Shown here: in pieces, positions 14,614 to 27,609 of the stretch
Layout: each line of letters begins with the position of its first letter
How positions within the stretch are numbered: position 1 is the stretch's first letter
Assembly: GCA_036172245.1 (NCBI GenBank)
Contig: JAYWIR010000003.1
Span: 2,914,001-2,978,000 of the forward strand
Direction of reading: 5' to 3'
DNA: 64,000 bases
Source of the DNA: Raillietiella orientalis
Lineage: Eukaryota
Program-made: the position numbers and the translations under genes
Notes under the pieces: model-generated
Told to the model about the DNA's origin: nothing
The model's input: the letters and a program-made list of their open reading frames with translations, nothing else
The model's database searches: none

Positions 14614-14614
14614 A
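14571..14614. repeat. (CT)n microsatellite joined to a (CG)n run
   Basis: About 30 nt of ctct followed directly by cgcgcgcgcgcgca. Confidence 0.95.
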
Positions 14615-14619
14615 CGCTC

Positions 14620-15400
14620 CAAAGTCTGGAAGGATGTTTTTATGGCAGCGTGGCGTGGGGGCGCAGCAAGAAGCGCACCGCCGCTGACATGGGGACCGCT
14701 GCCCTTTGCCTTCTGGACCTCTCTGGACCTCCTCATCTTCCCACCCTGGATCGCAACCCCGTTTATTTCAATTAAATAAACAAGCAGGAACGAAACTTTG
14801 GGAATACGTGAAGAGGATCCTCGCAGCATTTTCGTGGTCTCTTCGCCCCCCCGCGCTCCCCTTTCCAAGGACCGTGGCTTTCTACTGACCGAAGAGACTT
14901 GAATTCGGCCAGTCTGGTAGTTTAGGTTAAGACGCGTCATCAAAGTTCGGTCCCATCCCTCTTGCACCCACGTAGTCCAACTGTTCCCACGTGACAGGAT
15001 CGGAGGAGCGTTCGAGAAGATCACTGCTGACGTTCGGACCCGCTTCTTCGAGTCCGAAGTTGAGTCTTCCCAGCCACGGGCTCGACGCTGGGGACTCGGT
15101 CCCCAAACGACAGGGTGAGTAACTCGTGCCCACAATCTCGGTGAGCCGCGGGCTGGTATAATCAAATGCCTTTGGTGCACCCCTTTGGTGCACCTTTGCT
15201 GAATGGACCCCTCCTTGCTGCAAACCGAATCGCAAACATCTTCGCAGCGTCCCGAGCACACTTTAGGCGGTACATCCAACAGATGCTTCTTCTTCATCCG
15301 ACGCTGGAGGGCTCTGGAAATTTCCTTAGGCGATTGGCATAGGGCGAGGGATCCCCAGAAGCGCCCGGTAGCTGACCGCGCACCACGGTCCTAAGGACTC
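14620..15400 (-). mobile_element. Decayed LINE ORF1 (gag-like, zinc knuckle) remnant
   Basis: RILFTYSQSFVPACL..GQRSPCQRRCASCCAP resembles the region before and at Tx1/L1 ORF1 CCHC knuckles. Same strand as, and upstream of, the ORF2 remnant. Confidence 0.4.
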
Positions 15401-15799
15401 CACGGCGATTGCGCGCGTATTCACACCCTGATTTCCATGGAGGACACCCGGAAAGCGATGACACAATAAAGAAGTCTCCCGCCCTCCTCCCCATTATCCT
15501 CCTCTTCCTTCTCCTCCTCTTCCCTTTTCCTCTACTCTTCGTTTTTTCCTCCTCTTCCCTCACCCTCATTTTCCCCTCATCCTCCTCTTTCTTTCTTCCT
15601 CCCCTTTCTTCTGGAGCTCTTTCTGCTCTTCCCCTGGCCGGTCTGCCCGCTTCCGAGGTGTTCTCGGATCCGCGTCCGAAGAGAAGGTTGGATTTCTTTT
15701 TCGCAACAGGAGATTCGGACTCAGCTGCGAGCCAGTATCCGGGATTTTTCGTCCTCGTGGGAACACTTTCCATCTTCCATGCTCTGGCCTCTATGATGC

Positions 15800-18100
15800 A
15801 GGCGGCGTTCTCACCGCACCGTTGTACAAATGGACAAAAACGCCTCTGGCGGCGGTTTTGGATGTGCCTCACTTCGTGCCGTACCTTTGGCACGTTCGGT
15901 CCTTGTCTTCCGGTCGTTCCCCCTGTAGCCAGCAAGTCAGGTCGATTTTCTCATGCCAATGCATAAGCTGCGGTCGTGGATCGTTTCCGGAAAGCAGGAA
16001 GTGGAATGGCACCTTCTGCAGTCCCACGCAGGGAGTGACTTTCCCTTCCTCCCCCCCCCCCCATTCCTGGTGCATTCGAGTGAGGAATTCCCGTAACCCA
16101 TTGCCCAGGGTCGTGCACGCACTGGATCCAGAAACGGAGCTGCAAATGACACCACACGAAACGAAATGGGGCCGAACTCCAGCGTAAATGGAAGCAGGGA
16201 GGGGAGGAGAGGGCCGCGAGGGCTGCCTCTTGAACAGATTAGTGAATGGAAGGTGGGGGAACCTGCTTCAAAATGAGGGTCGGACAGGTACGGGAGGGAT
16301 GGACGAGGTGCTACTACCACTGACTCCGAGACAACCTGACCACAATCTCCCTGAGGCTGTCTTGTGTTTTACACCCTCGCATTGAGTCTGCATTTCGCGT
16401 GATTACTTCCTGGTGATGGCAACCAGCGATGTCCTTCTCCAATTGGTCGACTACGGTCGTCCGTCTGTGGCTGAAGGAATCCACAGGTGAGGTCTCTGGT
16501 GAGTCCTGTATTGCCAGTGTCGTTCTCTTCCTAGCAGGTCTTTGAGAGCATCATCAGCACTGCTACAGCCCCGAGGACATTTCAGAAGCAGCCTCTGAGG
16601 AAAGACCCCCCAGCATTTCCTGTTGGGTGCATTTCTTGGAGCTCCTGATCCCTTCATAGAGGCGTGAGGGCGATTCTCATTTCTGAAGAGGTTCCCCTGG
16701 CGTGCGAGCAAAGGCAGACTGAGCGAACAAGTGCAAGGTGGTGCAAGCGACCCTGCTTGACACGCCAGACAGCCTGAAGACACCCTGAGTCTCCGGCCTT
16801 TCCTTCAGATGTCCCTTTCGGAAGGGCGAGAATCCCTCTTCCCGCCCCAAACTCTTTGCCGTTTTCATTGGCAACGAACATCCTCCGGAAACCGGCGGGG
16901 GAAGAAACACGCGCACCCCTCCGCACCGGCCAGGAATCGCGTCCCACGCGTCCACTCCTAAAGGCGGCCCTCCGGGTTTCGTCCGATTCCGTGACGTCAT
17001 CCTCCTTCCCATGCCAGAGCGATCCACGGCGCTCATCCCGCACATCCATCCGGAAGACTTCGAGGAGATGCAGGCAGGAGCGCTCCGGAGCAGAGAGATG
17101 TAGGCCGCTTCCCTCCCCCCCCCCTTCATTGTTACCAAGAGGTGCCCTGCCCAATAAGGGTCTCCAAAGGCACCTCCCAACGCCGGAACCAGTCCTGCTC
17201 TGTCCAGCGATGTAGCTGTGAGGAGCCTCTACCTCCGGGTCGCGGACGGGCGTCACCACGACAACGGGGCGAAGCAAACGCTCAGCGAGGGTGGAAAGGT
17301 TCATGAGAACACGGAGGAGAGGGGGGAGGGTTTACCCTCAAGGGAAGGTGGATGCGTTCCTCTCCGGATTGCCGCTGGAGGGAAACGTGCGACCGCAGGA
17401 GGAGGGCAGGGGAACTGCCACGCACCCCATCTCTACCCGCCACGATCCCGTCTTCCTGCACTCCTCAACGCGCCGAGATGGATCGCCATGAGGGAGAGTC
17501 CTCGACGGGACCGTCCCTTCCCTGTGAACTCGTCCACCCAACCGTCGAAAAGACCATCCAGGAGAGCAATGCATCCCTTTCCACCCTTCGTCCCCATGGA
17601 CACGAGGGTTCTGTTCCTTTGCACGCACTTGACCTCTAAGCAGCAATCCTCAAGTTCAAAGTGGGACTGGCAATTGCCCAGCACCTTCCAGGTGGCCATC
17701 CCCTAATTCATCCTTCCTCTCCCTCATTTCTTCATCCTTCCCCTACAGCAGTAGGAGAAACCCCTCCCCTGATCCTCTTAAAGGTCTTCCTTGAGGAGAA
17801 CGAGCTCTTCCTCCTCTTCCACTTCCTCCTCTTCATCCTTCTCTTCTTCCTCCTGCCACCGTAGGAACTGCTGGAGGAAGCTCCTGACTGGACCCTGGGA
17901 GCGTCCGGGGTAAGGATGGCATTCCCTTTTTTTCGTTTTTGTTTCCGTTTTTCCCCTTTCGTTAAAGTGTCCTGGCAACATCTCTGGCAAAAGAGAGCTC
18001 GGTAAGAGCACGCCGATGGCTCTCCTCCACGTTCCCTTGGAGTTTTCGAGAAAAGCGGCGATGCCCGATTTTCTTCATGTTCTTTTCCTCCTCCTCCTCT
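15800..18100 (-). mobile_element. Decayed L1/Tx1 ORF1 plus APE endonuclease remnant
   Basis: ORF1-like ELEDCCLEVKCVQRN and LPPLLRVL, then APE-like LEVFRMDV, WQYRTHQRP and YLSDPH (cf. LSDH). CT-rich low-complexity 5' region. Confidence 0.4.
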
Positions 18101-21100
18101 TCCTCACATCCGCACATTTTGTGGTCGTCCCCTGGAAGGGTGGAGTGCAGAGTCCATCAGGGAGACTAGTACTATGAGGTCCCGAGATGACGAGAATTTT
18201 CCCTTTCGCATTCCCTTTTTCCGTCCACTACCTTTATTGCCTCCCCCCCTCACGTCGTCGAACGACGGGTGGGAGGAGGAGGTTCCACCTCCCAGCCACG
18301 GGCGAGACGCCCCTCACCTTCCCGCTCTCTCCCGAGGCGTCCTTCCCGAGCGCTGCGCCAAAGTCCCAGACGGCCAGCTGCCTCGCAACGCCGCCGCCGC
18401 GGCTCGAGCGTCATCAGTCCATCAGGGCTCGCATCTGGGCGAGCGTGTCCTGGAGAGAAGGAGAGGCGGCGGGGTAAGAGGTGAGGGGAGGAGGGGGGGA
18501 AGGGGGAGGGGGAGGCAGCCAGAGCGCGGGAAGCAGCCAGGAGACGCCGCTTGAGCGCATGGCGGAGGATGTCGGAGACGTCGCGTGGCGGCGGAGCTGC
18601 TACTGCCGCCGGCTCCTCCCCGAGCGCCGCAGCCAATCAGGAGAGTCCGCCAATCCGTCCCGCAGGCTCGCAGCGGCGGGTCCTTTCGTACCGTCCTCAT
18701 TAAAAATGCGACATTTGGATTCAATTCCGCGTGCTGATTGGATAGGACACCTCGGTCGGCCATGCCTACCGAGCATGTGTAATGAGGCGCGCCCCACAGG
18801 CGCCTCGGCTGCCCGCCCCTCCTCGTCCAGCAGCGCCGAAAAATTGCCCGGAAGAGCGCGAGCTGACTGTTCTCTCCCTCTGATTCTCCTTTCTTTTTCT
18901 CTTTTTCTCTCCCTCTCTTGCCTTTTTTTCTTTTTTTCTCTTTTAAGAAGACAAGGAGGAGAAGTTGGAGCCACCTCTCGAATCACCGAGCAATCAACGC
19001 GAAACGCACAAAGGTGGTGACACGGACTCGGAGCAAGCTCACGGGCGATGCGCGTGCGTGCAGCGTTCAATACGGTGGCTGCTTTTGTTTGGAGAGAAAA
19101 GAAAAACAAAAAAGGGGTGGCGGTGGGCACGCAAACTACTAGCCAACTTTGCAAGCATGGCATCCTCTTCCTCTTAATCCTCCCCCTTCCCTTTCCAGAC
19201 CGAGCCGCAAGTGCGCTTGCGCCTGCCAGTCGGTGCGCTCATGCGGCGACCTGCTACTTAACCGCAGGCATGCACGACCCATGTGCACTTGGTTCTCGGA
19301 CTCGCAACACGCTTTCCGTCCGCCCCCTTCCAGAGATTGAGAAGCAAAAAAAAAAAAAATCTGACGAGACACGCTCCACTTTGCCGAAGCCGAAAAACAA
19401 CCCCAGTAGGCATTTGTTCTCGAACTAGACTCGGTCGTCGGCTTCCTGGAGCAGCGCTCACTTCTTCCACGCTCCGTCGAGAGCACGTGCGATGAGCACG
19501 GATTCCAGACCACGCTCTCGTCAGAAGCAGCGCCGGAGGAAAGACAAGGCCCCGCTCGCGATCTCCTCCTGCTCGGGTCACGTGGCAAGACACGGCCCAC
19601 AAGCCCCTGTCGATGGAACCGAAACTGGAACTTCCTTGGTGAAAGGTGACCCTCCTATTTCCTCTCGCTAAGTTTCCCGAGTCCTTTCTGGAATTCAAGT
19701 TCGCAAGAGTACTGCATTATGTTCCACGCGAGGCATGTTGCAGCAGGTCACGCACAGCTCTGATGGAACCAGCAACATGCTTCATCCGCTTGCAACATCC
19801 TTTTTGTCCCAATGTCACCCACCCATGTGTTCATGACAGGGCCGAAGTGGGTACATCATCTTCCCACTGCACACAGTCATGGGAAAATGGCGCAACAGTG
19901 AGTTCCACATCGAACGACCAAACACCTGAAGGAGACTGGAATGCTGATTCGATGCTGGTAACAATCCACCCCCGCTGGTCATGACCACTGCACATGCTGG
20001 ATCCTTCGTAGCAGATGATGCTTGCTGCTCATCTCCTTCACTTGCTTACCTTCCCATGATTCTCTGACCTTGACATCCTGAACGCAACAATCATGTGAGC
20101 CTGAGATCTGAAGGTAGCCATCTGATGATACACCCAGGAGACAAGGGAACCACCACATTAGCAGGGAGCCAGTTGCCCACTTCACATTAACCACAATGTT
20201 CCACATTTAACTGAATTCCCCCACTGCAATGTTACACATACTCTTTTTTATTGTACATTTATTCCACAGCACCACGAAAATCCTTGCTCCCACCATTATA
20301 GCAAGCAGCACAAACCTGAGACACCCTGAGAAAACTTCTAATACACGACATGTTTCATGATTTCAGGGCTTGGTGGCACATCTGCACGAGGTATGAACAC
20401 AGGAACTGGAAATCCTAAGACTCACACATAGAAAACATGCAAACATGTGTCAGGTTCAGTTGGGCATTAGGGGCATCCATCACTAGCAGCATCATCACAT
20501 CTCCTGGTACATTTGCATGCCAATAACTACACACAGGTCATAGATACATGCTTTATTCACTTAGTTTTATTCACTTAGGCATAGTTCGGTCATACACAAA
20601 AATAGCCAGTAAATAGCACTGTAACATACCAGAATACATGTGTCCATGCTATTCATAAGCACTGAGCACCCAGTTCCAAGTGAAGCTCCCTTCTGTTATC
20701 ATTCAAATGCTTGGGTTTTATTTTTAATCCATGCTTAACAGATTCTTGCTGCATGCATTTTTCAGCTCATTTCAAGAAGCTGTACATCTTTCCACAAAAC
20801 TAACAGGGCAATTCCATAACTGCAAAGTGACTCAAAACCAGTTGTAGCTAATTCAATCTTACAATTATCAGTCCTACTCCTTACAAGACCAACTGTTAAC
20901 AAGGCTTATTCACAGAATTTAAAAATTCTTGAACCATATAGTACTTACAAGATATGCTAAAACACGAAATTACAATATCAATTTCTCAGACAACCAAAAA
21001 CTGGAAATGAGAATTAATGTGTATTCCATAGAACAAGATACATCCACAATGCACAATGTTGGAAGCATTAATGAAAATTTGGCAAATATACTTTAAAGAC

Positions 21101-22320
21101 TAAATTCATCAATGTGAGACCTTGCTACAAATCACAAAGAGCTGTAATTATTTAATAATGAGACTTAAGAAACAAGAACAGAAGAAAAGTTACTGTCAGC
21201 AGGAATTTGAAATCTATTTGCCATTATGACAACGTTAAACGGGCAAACTCACTCGTAAACGGACGCCATAAAATCATAAACAGTGGAGCTCCAAACTCTT
21301 GAAGCCATGCACAAAAAAGTGACACTACGTTAAAATAAAACTTCTGTTACTGTCAAATTTACAGAATTTGTGCATCCTGAAATTCTGAAAGTATGTTACC
21401 TGGACCTTTTATTTTCAACTACACATGAAATCAATGGTACATCAATATCAGCTAAATAGCAACCCTCAGTTACTTCCAAGAACTCATTACAAATTATGAA
21501 ACTCAAATGAGCACAATCTAACTCACAAATACAATTCCAGGTACTTTTTCTGAAACAATCATCTACTCTCCCTATAGAATAATCATACATGCCCGCAAAA
21601 GGTGTGGTTTTTTGTTTTTTTAATTTTGCAATCCATTTTTGCTGATTAGAAACTACTAAGCAAATGGATGATTAACAAAAACTGACTTGTTGAATAGTAT
21701 ATTATTAACCTGGGGTATCATGTAAAGTCACTGAATCAATTCTCAAGACATTGGCCGGTTACAAGGCTAAAATGAAAAAAAAAAAAAAAAAAAAACTTCA
21801 GAAACGAAACCTATTTCGACTACTAAATCTATAAAAGGATCATGTCAGAGTCAGCAATACACATGCAGTGCACATTCCATCCCAGATGAGCTTTTGGGCC
21901 GTCTCAGCATCAAATCCTGGTGCACCCAGGTTAAATTGATGGTGATCACTGCACTTCAAAAGGCAACGCCGCCAACATCGACCTCGTGAGGGCTTCGCGC
22001 CATTTTTTTGTTCTCTTCAGCAGAGAGCAGGCTGGTCAACACACCCTATTTCTGTATATGACTTTTTCCACGATAAGTGCAGATGTCTCACGACTTTACA
22101 ACAAAAGAGACTTTTGAAGAGAAAATAGCCAGAAAGAGTTGAATTCCTGTGCTTAAAATCTTTAAAGTAGGAATTTCCGAAAATTTCACGAAGTACATCC
22201 TGTTAACGGTAACACTATCACTAAACCATAAAATTAAGAATGAACAGAATTGAAAATGCTGCGTTTATTTTACATAGTTGTGCTTGTCTTGAGCTTACGG
22301 GAAGATCAGCTCACGAGCAA

Positions 22321-22620
22321 CTACAAAAGATTCGTGAAAAGTATCTGTGCATTGTCACGCATGTAGAATGAGACATCTGAATAGGACATGCGTTTATAAA
22401 GCACAGTGAGAAATACATTTTTCGTATGATTGCCATTTTTCTCATCGAATCCTCTGTGTGCCCGAGAAGAAATAACTTGAAAACCTATTCTCCGAATCAA
22501 ACTGAGACAGGTAGTCGTTTTATGTATGAGCCCTGTTGTGTAATCTATGATTTTTTGCAATTGTAATATATCCTTACGGTGAATTTCTCTGATACAAATC
22601 CAATACCTGATGTATTTCAT
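22321..22620 (-). mobile_element. Possible IS630/Tc1-mariner-like transposase remnant
   Basis: TTTCLSLIRRIGFQ..FDEK..FL..YKR..FYMRD loosely matches TL.RLL..IGF..E..YL..R..IYYLDETW. Weak match. Confidence 0.3.
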
Positions 22621-23499
22621 GTCAGATAATATTGTGCACTAATTCTGATTTCTTGAGAATTTTTACAATTACCAAAAAAGATGAACTTTTCATACAAGAA
22701 TATAAATGATGTGTTTAATCTGTCTGGGAAAAGCAAATTATGAATGACGAAATTTAATAAATATGGAAAATTAGTTCAATAGAGAAAGTAAAAATGGTTA
22801 ATAAGGCTTTGTTTATAGTTGTTATTTTTTGGCTTCCTTCCTATAACTGTTTAATGTTTGATGTTTGATGGAAGAAAATTGCTGTTTACGAAAAGTAGCG
22901 TATTTTTCTCTCTCTTTCGTTTCTTTTCATTTAATTCCATTCCTAGAATAGACGACTCGAAGACATGAAAACAGAGAAGCAAAAAAAAACTTGAAAATAC
23001 TAAGAAACTGACATTCGTTCTCGAATGTGGAAGAAGTCTAATATGGCGCTTTTACATTTTACAAGGTAATTCTTGAGGTTTACACAACCTGTGCTCGAGG
23101 TGCACGTTGGTATGTTGGTACAATTCCATGCTGCAATGATGACACATGAATGCTTCCCCGTTTCATATAAGAACTTCATTTCACTTCCTAGTTTCCGTAT
23201 GTTTGCAACACTGCTCTCGTGAGGATCCCGTGCTTGCTTCAGTGATGCCTATCCTTCCCTGAATAAAGGGATAAAAAGCAGAATTCGGAACCACTTGCTT
23301 GTTGGCAGTCTGCAAAACAGTCTGTATCGAGTCTTACGACTGCCACTAGAACTGATTTATTATTTCCATCATATTTCGAATGCATTTCGATTGGAAGACT
23401 CGTTGGGTTTTTTTTTTGCTGAATCTATTTTCAAATACACAGATACTTATTTTAAATAGGCAGCATTTTTTTTCCCCCTTTTTTTATCAGATATTTCTG

Positions 23500-25700
23500 C
23501 CCATTTCTTCGAATTTGCAATAAGGTCTTTGTTTTCAAGACACATACGTGTGCAACACATTCTCGGAAAAAGTATGTGCATCGTTTCAAGCGCTGAACGT
23601 TCAAGTTAAAGGCAGTAGCGTTGATGGAGGATCCACATACTGTTGTTTTCCATTTGCAGTTCATCCCATCAATTGGTACGTCGTAAGCCTTTGCAACTTC
23701 TTCTCCTCGATCCAGACCTGCAAGCATTGCAGCTGCATCAGCCAGCGCAGCTGCAGAGGCAGACTTAAAGTGAGCCTCGCAAGTACGAAAGAGATGCGGG
23801 AGACGTCCTCCTCTCGGAATCCAAGAAAGATCAGTTGCAAGATGTGATTTTAGCAGAGGTGCACAACCTTTGGTAACAACGCAGTCGTCCGAATCAAAGC
23901 ATGGTCATCCTTTTCTTTCCTCCCCTGAGGGGCACGAAAATTGGACCACTCCCATCTTAGAGTTGGATGGTTGGTCTACTAACCAAGAGCAGCTGCCATC
24001 CTTTCATTTATCACCCAGAAGTGATACAGAGATGATACGACTGCTTCCTTTACATGACTGGATTTTCTGAGCACTTTCGAGAAGAAGCTCTTAGCAGGGC
24101 GCAGTGTAATGATCACTGTGTCGCCCCTCACAGGATGCAGAAAGCATGCTGTATTCGAGATGGTTCCGCCACCAGGACTGCATGCCGATGAATTTCTGAA
24201 AGACTGTGCTGAACCTTCAAAGACCCACGTCCGATTCAGTCATGTTCCGTAGGTCACTGGTTCCAAGACCCCGAGATGCTCCTCCTCGAGGAATGGAGCC
24301 ACAGTGAAGGCATACTTCCACCTCAGGGCTGTTATTTTTCTGAGGGAGCCCGAGTCTTCTCCGATCCTGCGGCCGTTGAAATGTCTCCTCTTCTGGGATT
24401 CGTGAAACTTTCAGAGTCCCCTGAGACTTTTGATGGAAAAATCTCCAAAGTGCTCTTCCGGACCAGAGGGCCATCTCTTCCTGGAAGACACGTTCCGAAA
24501 GACGATGTTGGTCTTCGAGAATCGCTCATCGTGCCCTCAGGGAAGGGAAGCAAAGGATGGCCATGATTTGGTTCGGACGACTGCGTTAATCGAGCGTTGC
24601 GTACTTTTGCTAAAACCACATCGTGCAACCGGACGGTCAGCGCAGGAGAAGTAACGGGCTGCTGGTCTTCGTTTCTTTCGATTCTTCCGGGGATGTTTTG
24701 GTGGGAATCGGACGCTGTCTGCAACTCCTCGAGAGAGAGAGAGGTGTCTTTCGAAGCGCAAGGCGGTTGCCTCAGGACCTATATTCGTGGTTCGGGAGTC
24801 TCCTCTCTGGCATGCCTATTTTTCGGCCCCGATCCTCTCGATTTGGTCCGCTTCAGCTGACTTGGGGTTGTCTTCCTTGCGAGCTCACTAGCTTGGTGAT
24901 TTTGATCCTTCGCCAGTTAAGAGAGGCTCACGACACCCATTCCCCATATCTTCCAGGATGGCGTCGTTTTCCATCCACATCTCTCCACGTGCAAGGCTCA
25001 TTCTGAACTGCAAACGTGGCCGAACCACCAGGGGAAAGGATCCCTGCAAGCAGACCATTTATCTCGTATCTCGGTCTTCTGAAGAGGCTGCGGTTCTCGA
25101 GAAGCTGATTGCCGAGATCCAAGATAAGCCTTCCGTGCGTTAGGCGGCGCTGCTGGATCCTGGAGCACGTCATTTCCTCCTCGACGCACTTCACCTGTAG
25201 CCCGTGGATCTTTAGATCCGAGCTGCGGGTGCAAATAGCCGAGGACTCCACCCAAGCCGCCCACCTCCTGCCTTTCCGGAAGACAGCACTCTCCCGGGCA
25301 GCGTGCGCAGCCGTGCTCGCGGTCAACCCATGCGTTGTCCGCAGGCCATGCGTGTTTCCCATTAGAGACAAAGTGTGCTGGCGCGCGATGCTGTGGTCCG
25401 CTGCTGGGCCTTCCCTCGGTCAGGGTGCCTGCGGTAAGCGGGCAATGCTTCCCCGAGTTACACCCTCCCTGTAAGCGAGCCTTGGGATGATTTGCTTTCG
25501 TCTGTATCGATCGAGAGCCACATCTCCAAGGAGATTCAAGCGTCCACGTCTTTCGTCAGCCCGGACTTTTTCCTTTTTTTCCTGCCCATCGTCCGGACGC
25601 TCGTGACGTCGCCGCCGAGCCTGAGGGAGCTTTTTTCCCTCCCGTGGTTCCGAGCGCCACGCCCAAATCTTCATCCGTCGGTGGTGTCAGCGGCAGCCAT
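23500..25700. mobile_element. Cluster of decayed LINE fragments in both orientations
   Basis: About 23830-23940 and 24528-24630 are inverted homologues (e.g. AACGCAGTCGTCCGAATCAAAGCATGGTCATCC). 24930-25400 (-) has APE-like LSLMGNTHGLR and THGRLILDL. Confidence 0.45.
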
Positions 25701-25829
25701 CATTTGCCCCCTCCATCGAGCGCAGCGCTCTTCGCCGTGGACTTCGCGGTGAGATGGACAGTTCGAAACGGAAGGGGTGGATCTCGCCCGGTAGGTTGGT
25801 CAGGCCGAGGCCATCCCGCTGACCTGTGT

Positions 25830-26545
25830 GGATCGAAATCCCGAACGATCTTAAAAAGAAATACGTATGCTTATCGTATATGTTAATGTATAATTTTATA
25901 TATAGATTAATATATATTATACAGATGATCAAAAGTAAATATGTGCGCTTATTATGTATATTAATATATAAATTAATATTCAGATTAATATATAAATTCA
26001 TTTTATCATACGTATTTATTCATTTAATTAATAATACGTATTAACACATATTATAATAAATACCAAAGATTGAAAAAATGGGCATATATGACTAATGTAT
26101 ACTCACGTATATAATAACTATATATTACACGAATGCGTACATATCGAATTTTAAAAGATGAAAAATAATAATGACAATCAAAAGTAGCAGAAAAAAGAAT
26201 AAAAAAGCAAAAAAGTTAAAAAAAACAAGAAAATTTTGGATTCGATTTCATACATATGTATCTAGTTTAATATAATTCAGTATGTATTTGAAATTAATGT
26301 ATATTCACCTATATATCAATCTATGTAAAAATATATTCGATAAACATATTATAACTTATATTAATATAATAAATATCAATAAGTGTGCATATTGAAATAA
26401 GTTTGTATATCATTCCATACGTAAATATATGTATTGATGCACATATGTACTTAATCTTTACAATGTACATTAATCTATGTACGCACTTCTTTTTTTTAAG
26501 AACTCCGAAAGATCTTTTTCTAAGATCTTTCGAGACGTCGAGCCA
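25830..26545. other. Extremely AT-rich island bounded by imperfect inverted repeats
   Basis: Abrupt switch from GC-rich flanks to TA-rich sequence. Left end GGATCGAAATCCCGAACGATCTTAAAAAGAAA vs reverse complement of right end GGCTCGACGTCTCGAAAGATCTTAGAAAAAGA. Confidence 0.7.
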
Positions 26546-26559
26546 AACTCCTTGGCGGA

Positions 26560-27605
26560 CGCACCCTCGCTGGAGTTGACGACGGGATAGCCCTGCTTCC
26601 CGTCGTCAAGTGGTTCACGAGGCATGGGGAGGCGTCCAGGAAGAGCGTGCTGTGGCTCCACTCACCAAGCGAGATCGAGCCCATTGCCCAGTAGGGAGCC
26701 TCCTTCGGGCGACTGCTGTTCCCCGCGAAGAGTGGGTCCAGATGACATGGGCAGCACTCTGCCTCGCTCTTCCGCGAAATCCGTGCGAAGACGAGTGCAC
26801 CCAGAAACCAGACTCCTGGGAGGCTGGAAGACGAGCGAGCTGGCAGACGCCGCCACCCCTCTCGAAATTGGGCAAAGAAACTCCTTCGGTGGGGCGGGCT
26901 GCTGAATGTGTCCCCCCCCCTCCTCCCGAAGGTGGTCTCCCTCCCGTGTTCGAACGCTTCTGTGGAAGCAGGACTGCGCTGCTGCTACTGCGTTGGGGAT
27001 TCCATTGCAGCCAGTACGCGCACCTGGTTTCCGAGGGAGTCGTCTCCCCGAGCTGCAGAGGGTGCGGAGAGGTGGAATCACTCCCGCACCTGCCATTCGA
27101 CTGCGGTGCCCTCCAAAAACGGTAGCGGATGCCTGCAGCTCCAGAAGGACACCGCCATCGACGTGATGCGGCGGTTCTTCATGCGAGGTGGCCTCTCGTT
27201 AGGAGAGGTCATCGCAACATGCTGCATCTGCTCCATCGGCATGGCCCACCACATGTTGGAGTTGCTAGCGGTAACTACAGAAATCACCAGGATCGCAGAC
27301 GCCAATATGAAGACGCCTGCTAGGTGACCTCATCTTAATGAAGAAATTAGGAAGGAGATCGTTGGCATTCAGCACCGGCTTTGAGAAGAAGGAAAGACCG
27401 AAACCAATGACCCTTGTCCCCTCCTTCACCCCATATCTTTTTCTTGCATTTTTCACATTTATTTATGGTCCCCTCTCTCCCATCCCGGAATTTCAGGGGG
27501 AGATCCATCCCCTTGAACTTCTTTTTTCTTGGTTTGGAAAAACCTGGCTCCCAGGTGGTTTGTTCACTTCTGGATATAAACGACCCGGCGCAACCTGGTG
27601 ATAAG
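26560..27605 (+). mobile_element. 5'-truncated L1/Tx1-type LINE (zf-RVT, 3' UTR, hairpin terminus)
   Basis: LRWGFHC..VSPSCRGCGEVESLPHLPFDCGAL is the zf-RVT CCHC motif. T-rich UTR ends TATAAACGACCCGGCGCAACCTGGTG. Confidence 0.75.
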
Positions 27606-27609
27606 CGGC

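Noticed and set aside
18250..18636. MTFR1/PRR11-like motif DVSDILRHALKRRL on the minus strand
   Set aside because: Single short match with no other family motifs or consistent exon chain.
10300..19700. Many 100-250 aa ORFs in the ORF track
   Set aside because: Overlapping ORFs in all frames with low-complexity or Arg/Pro-rich content, as expected by chance in GC-rich TE debris.
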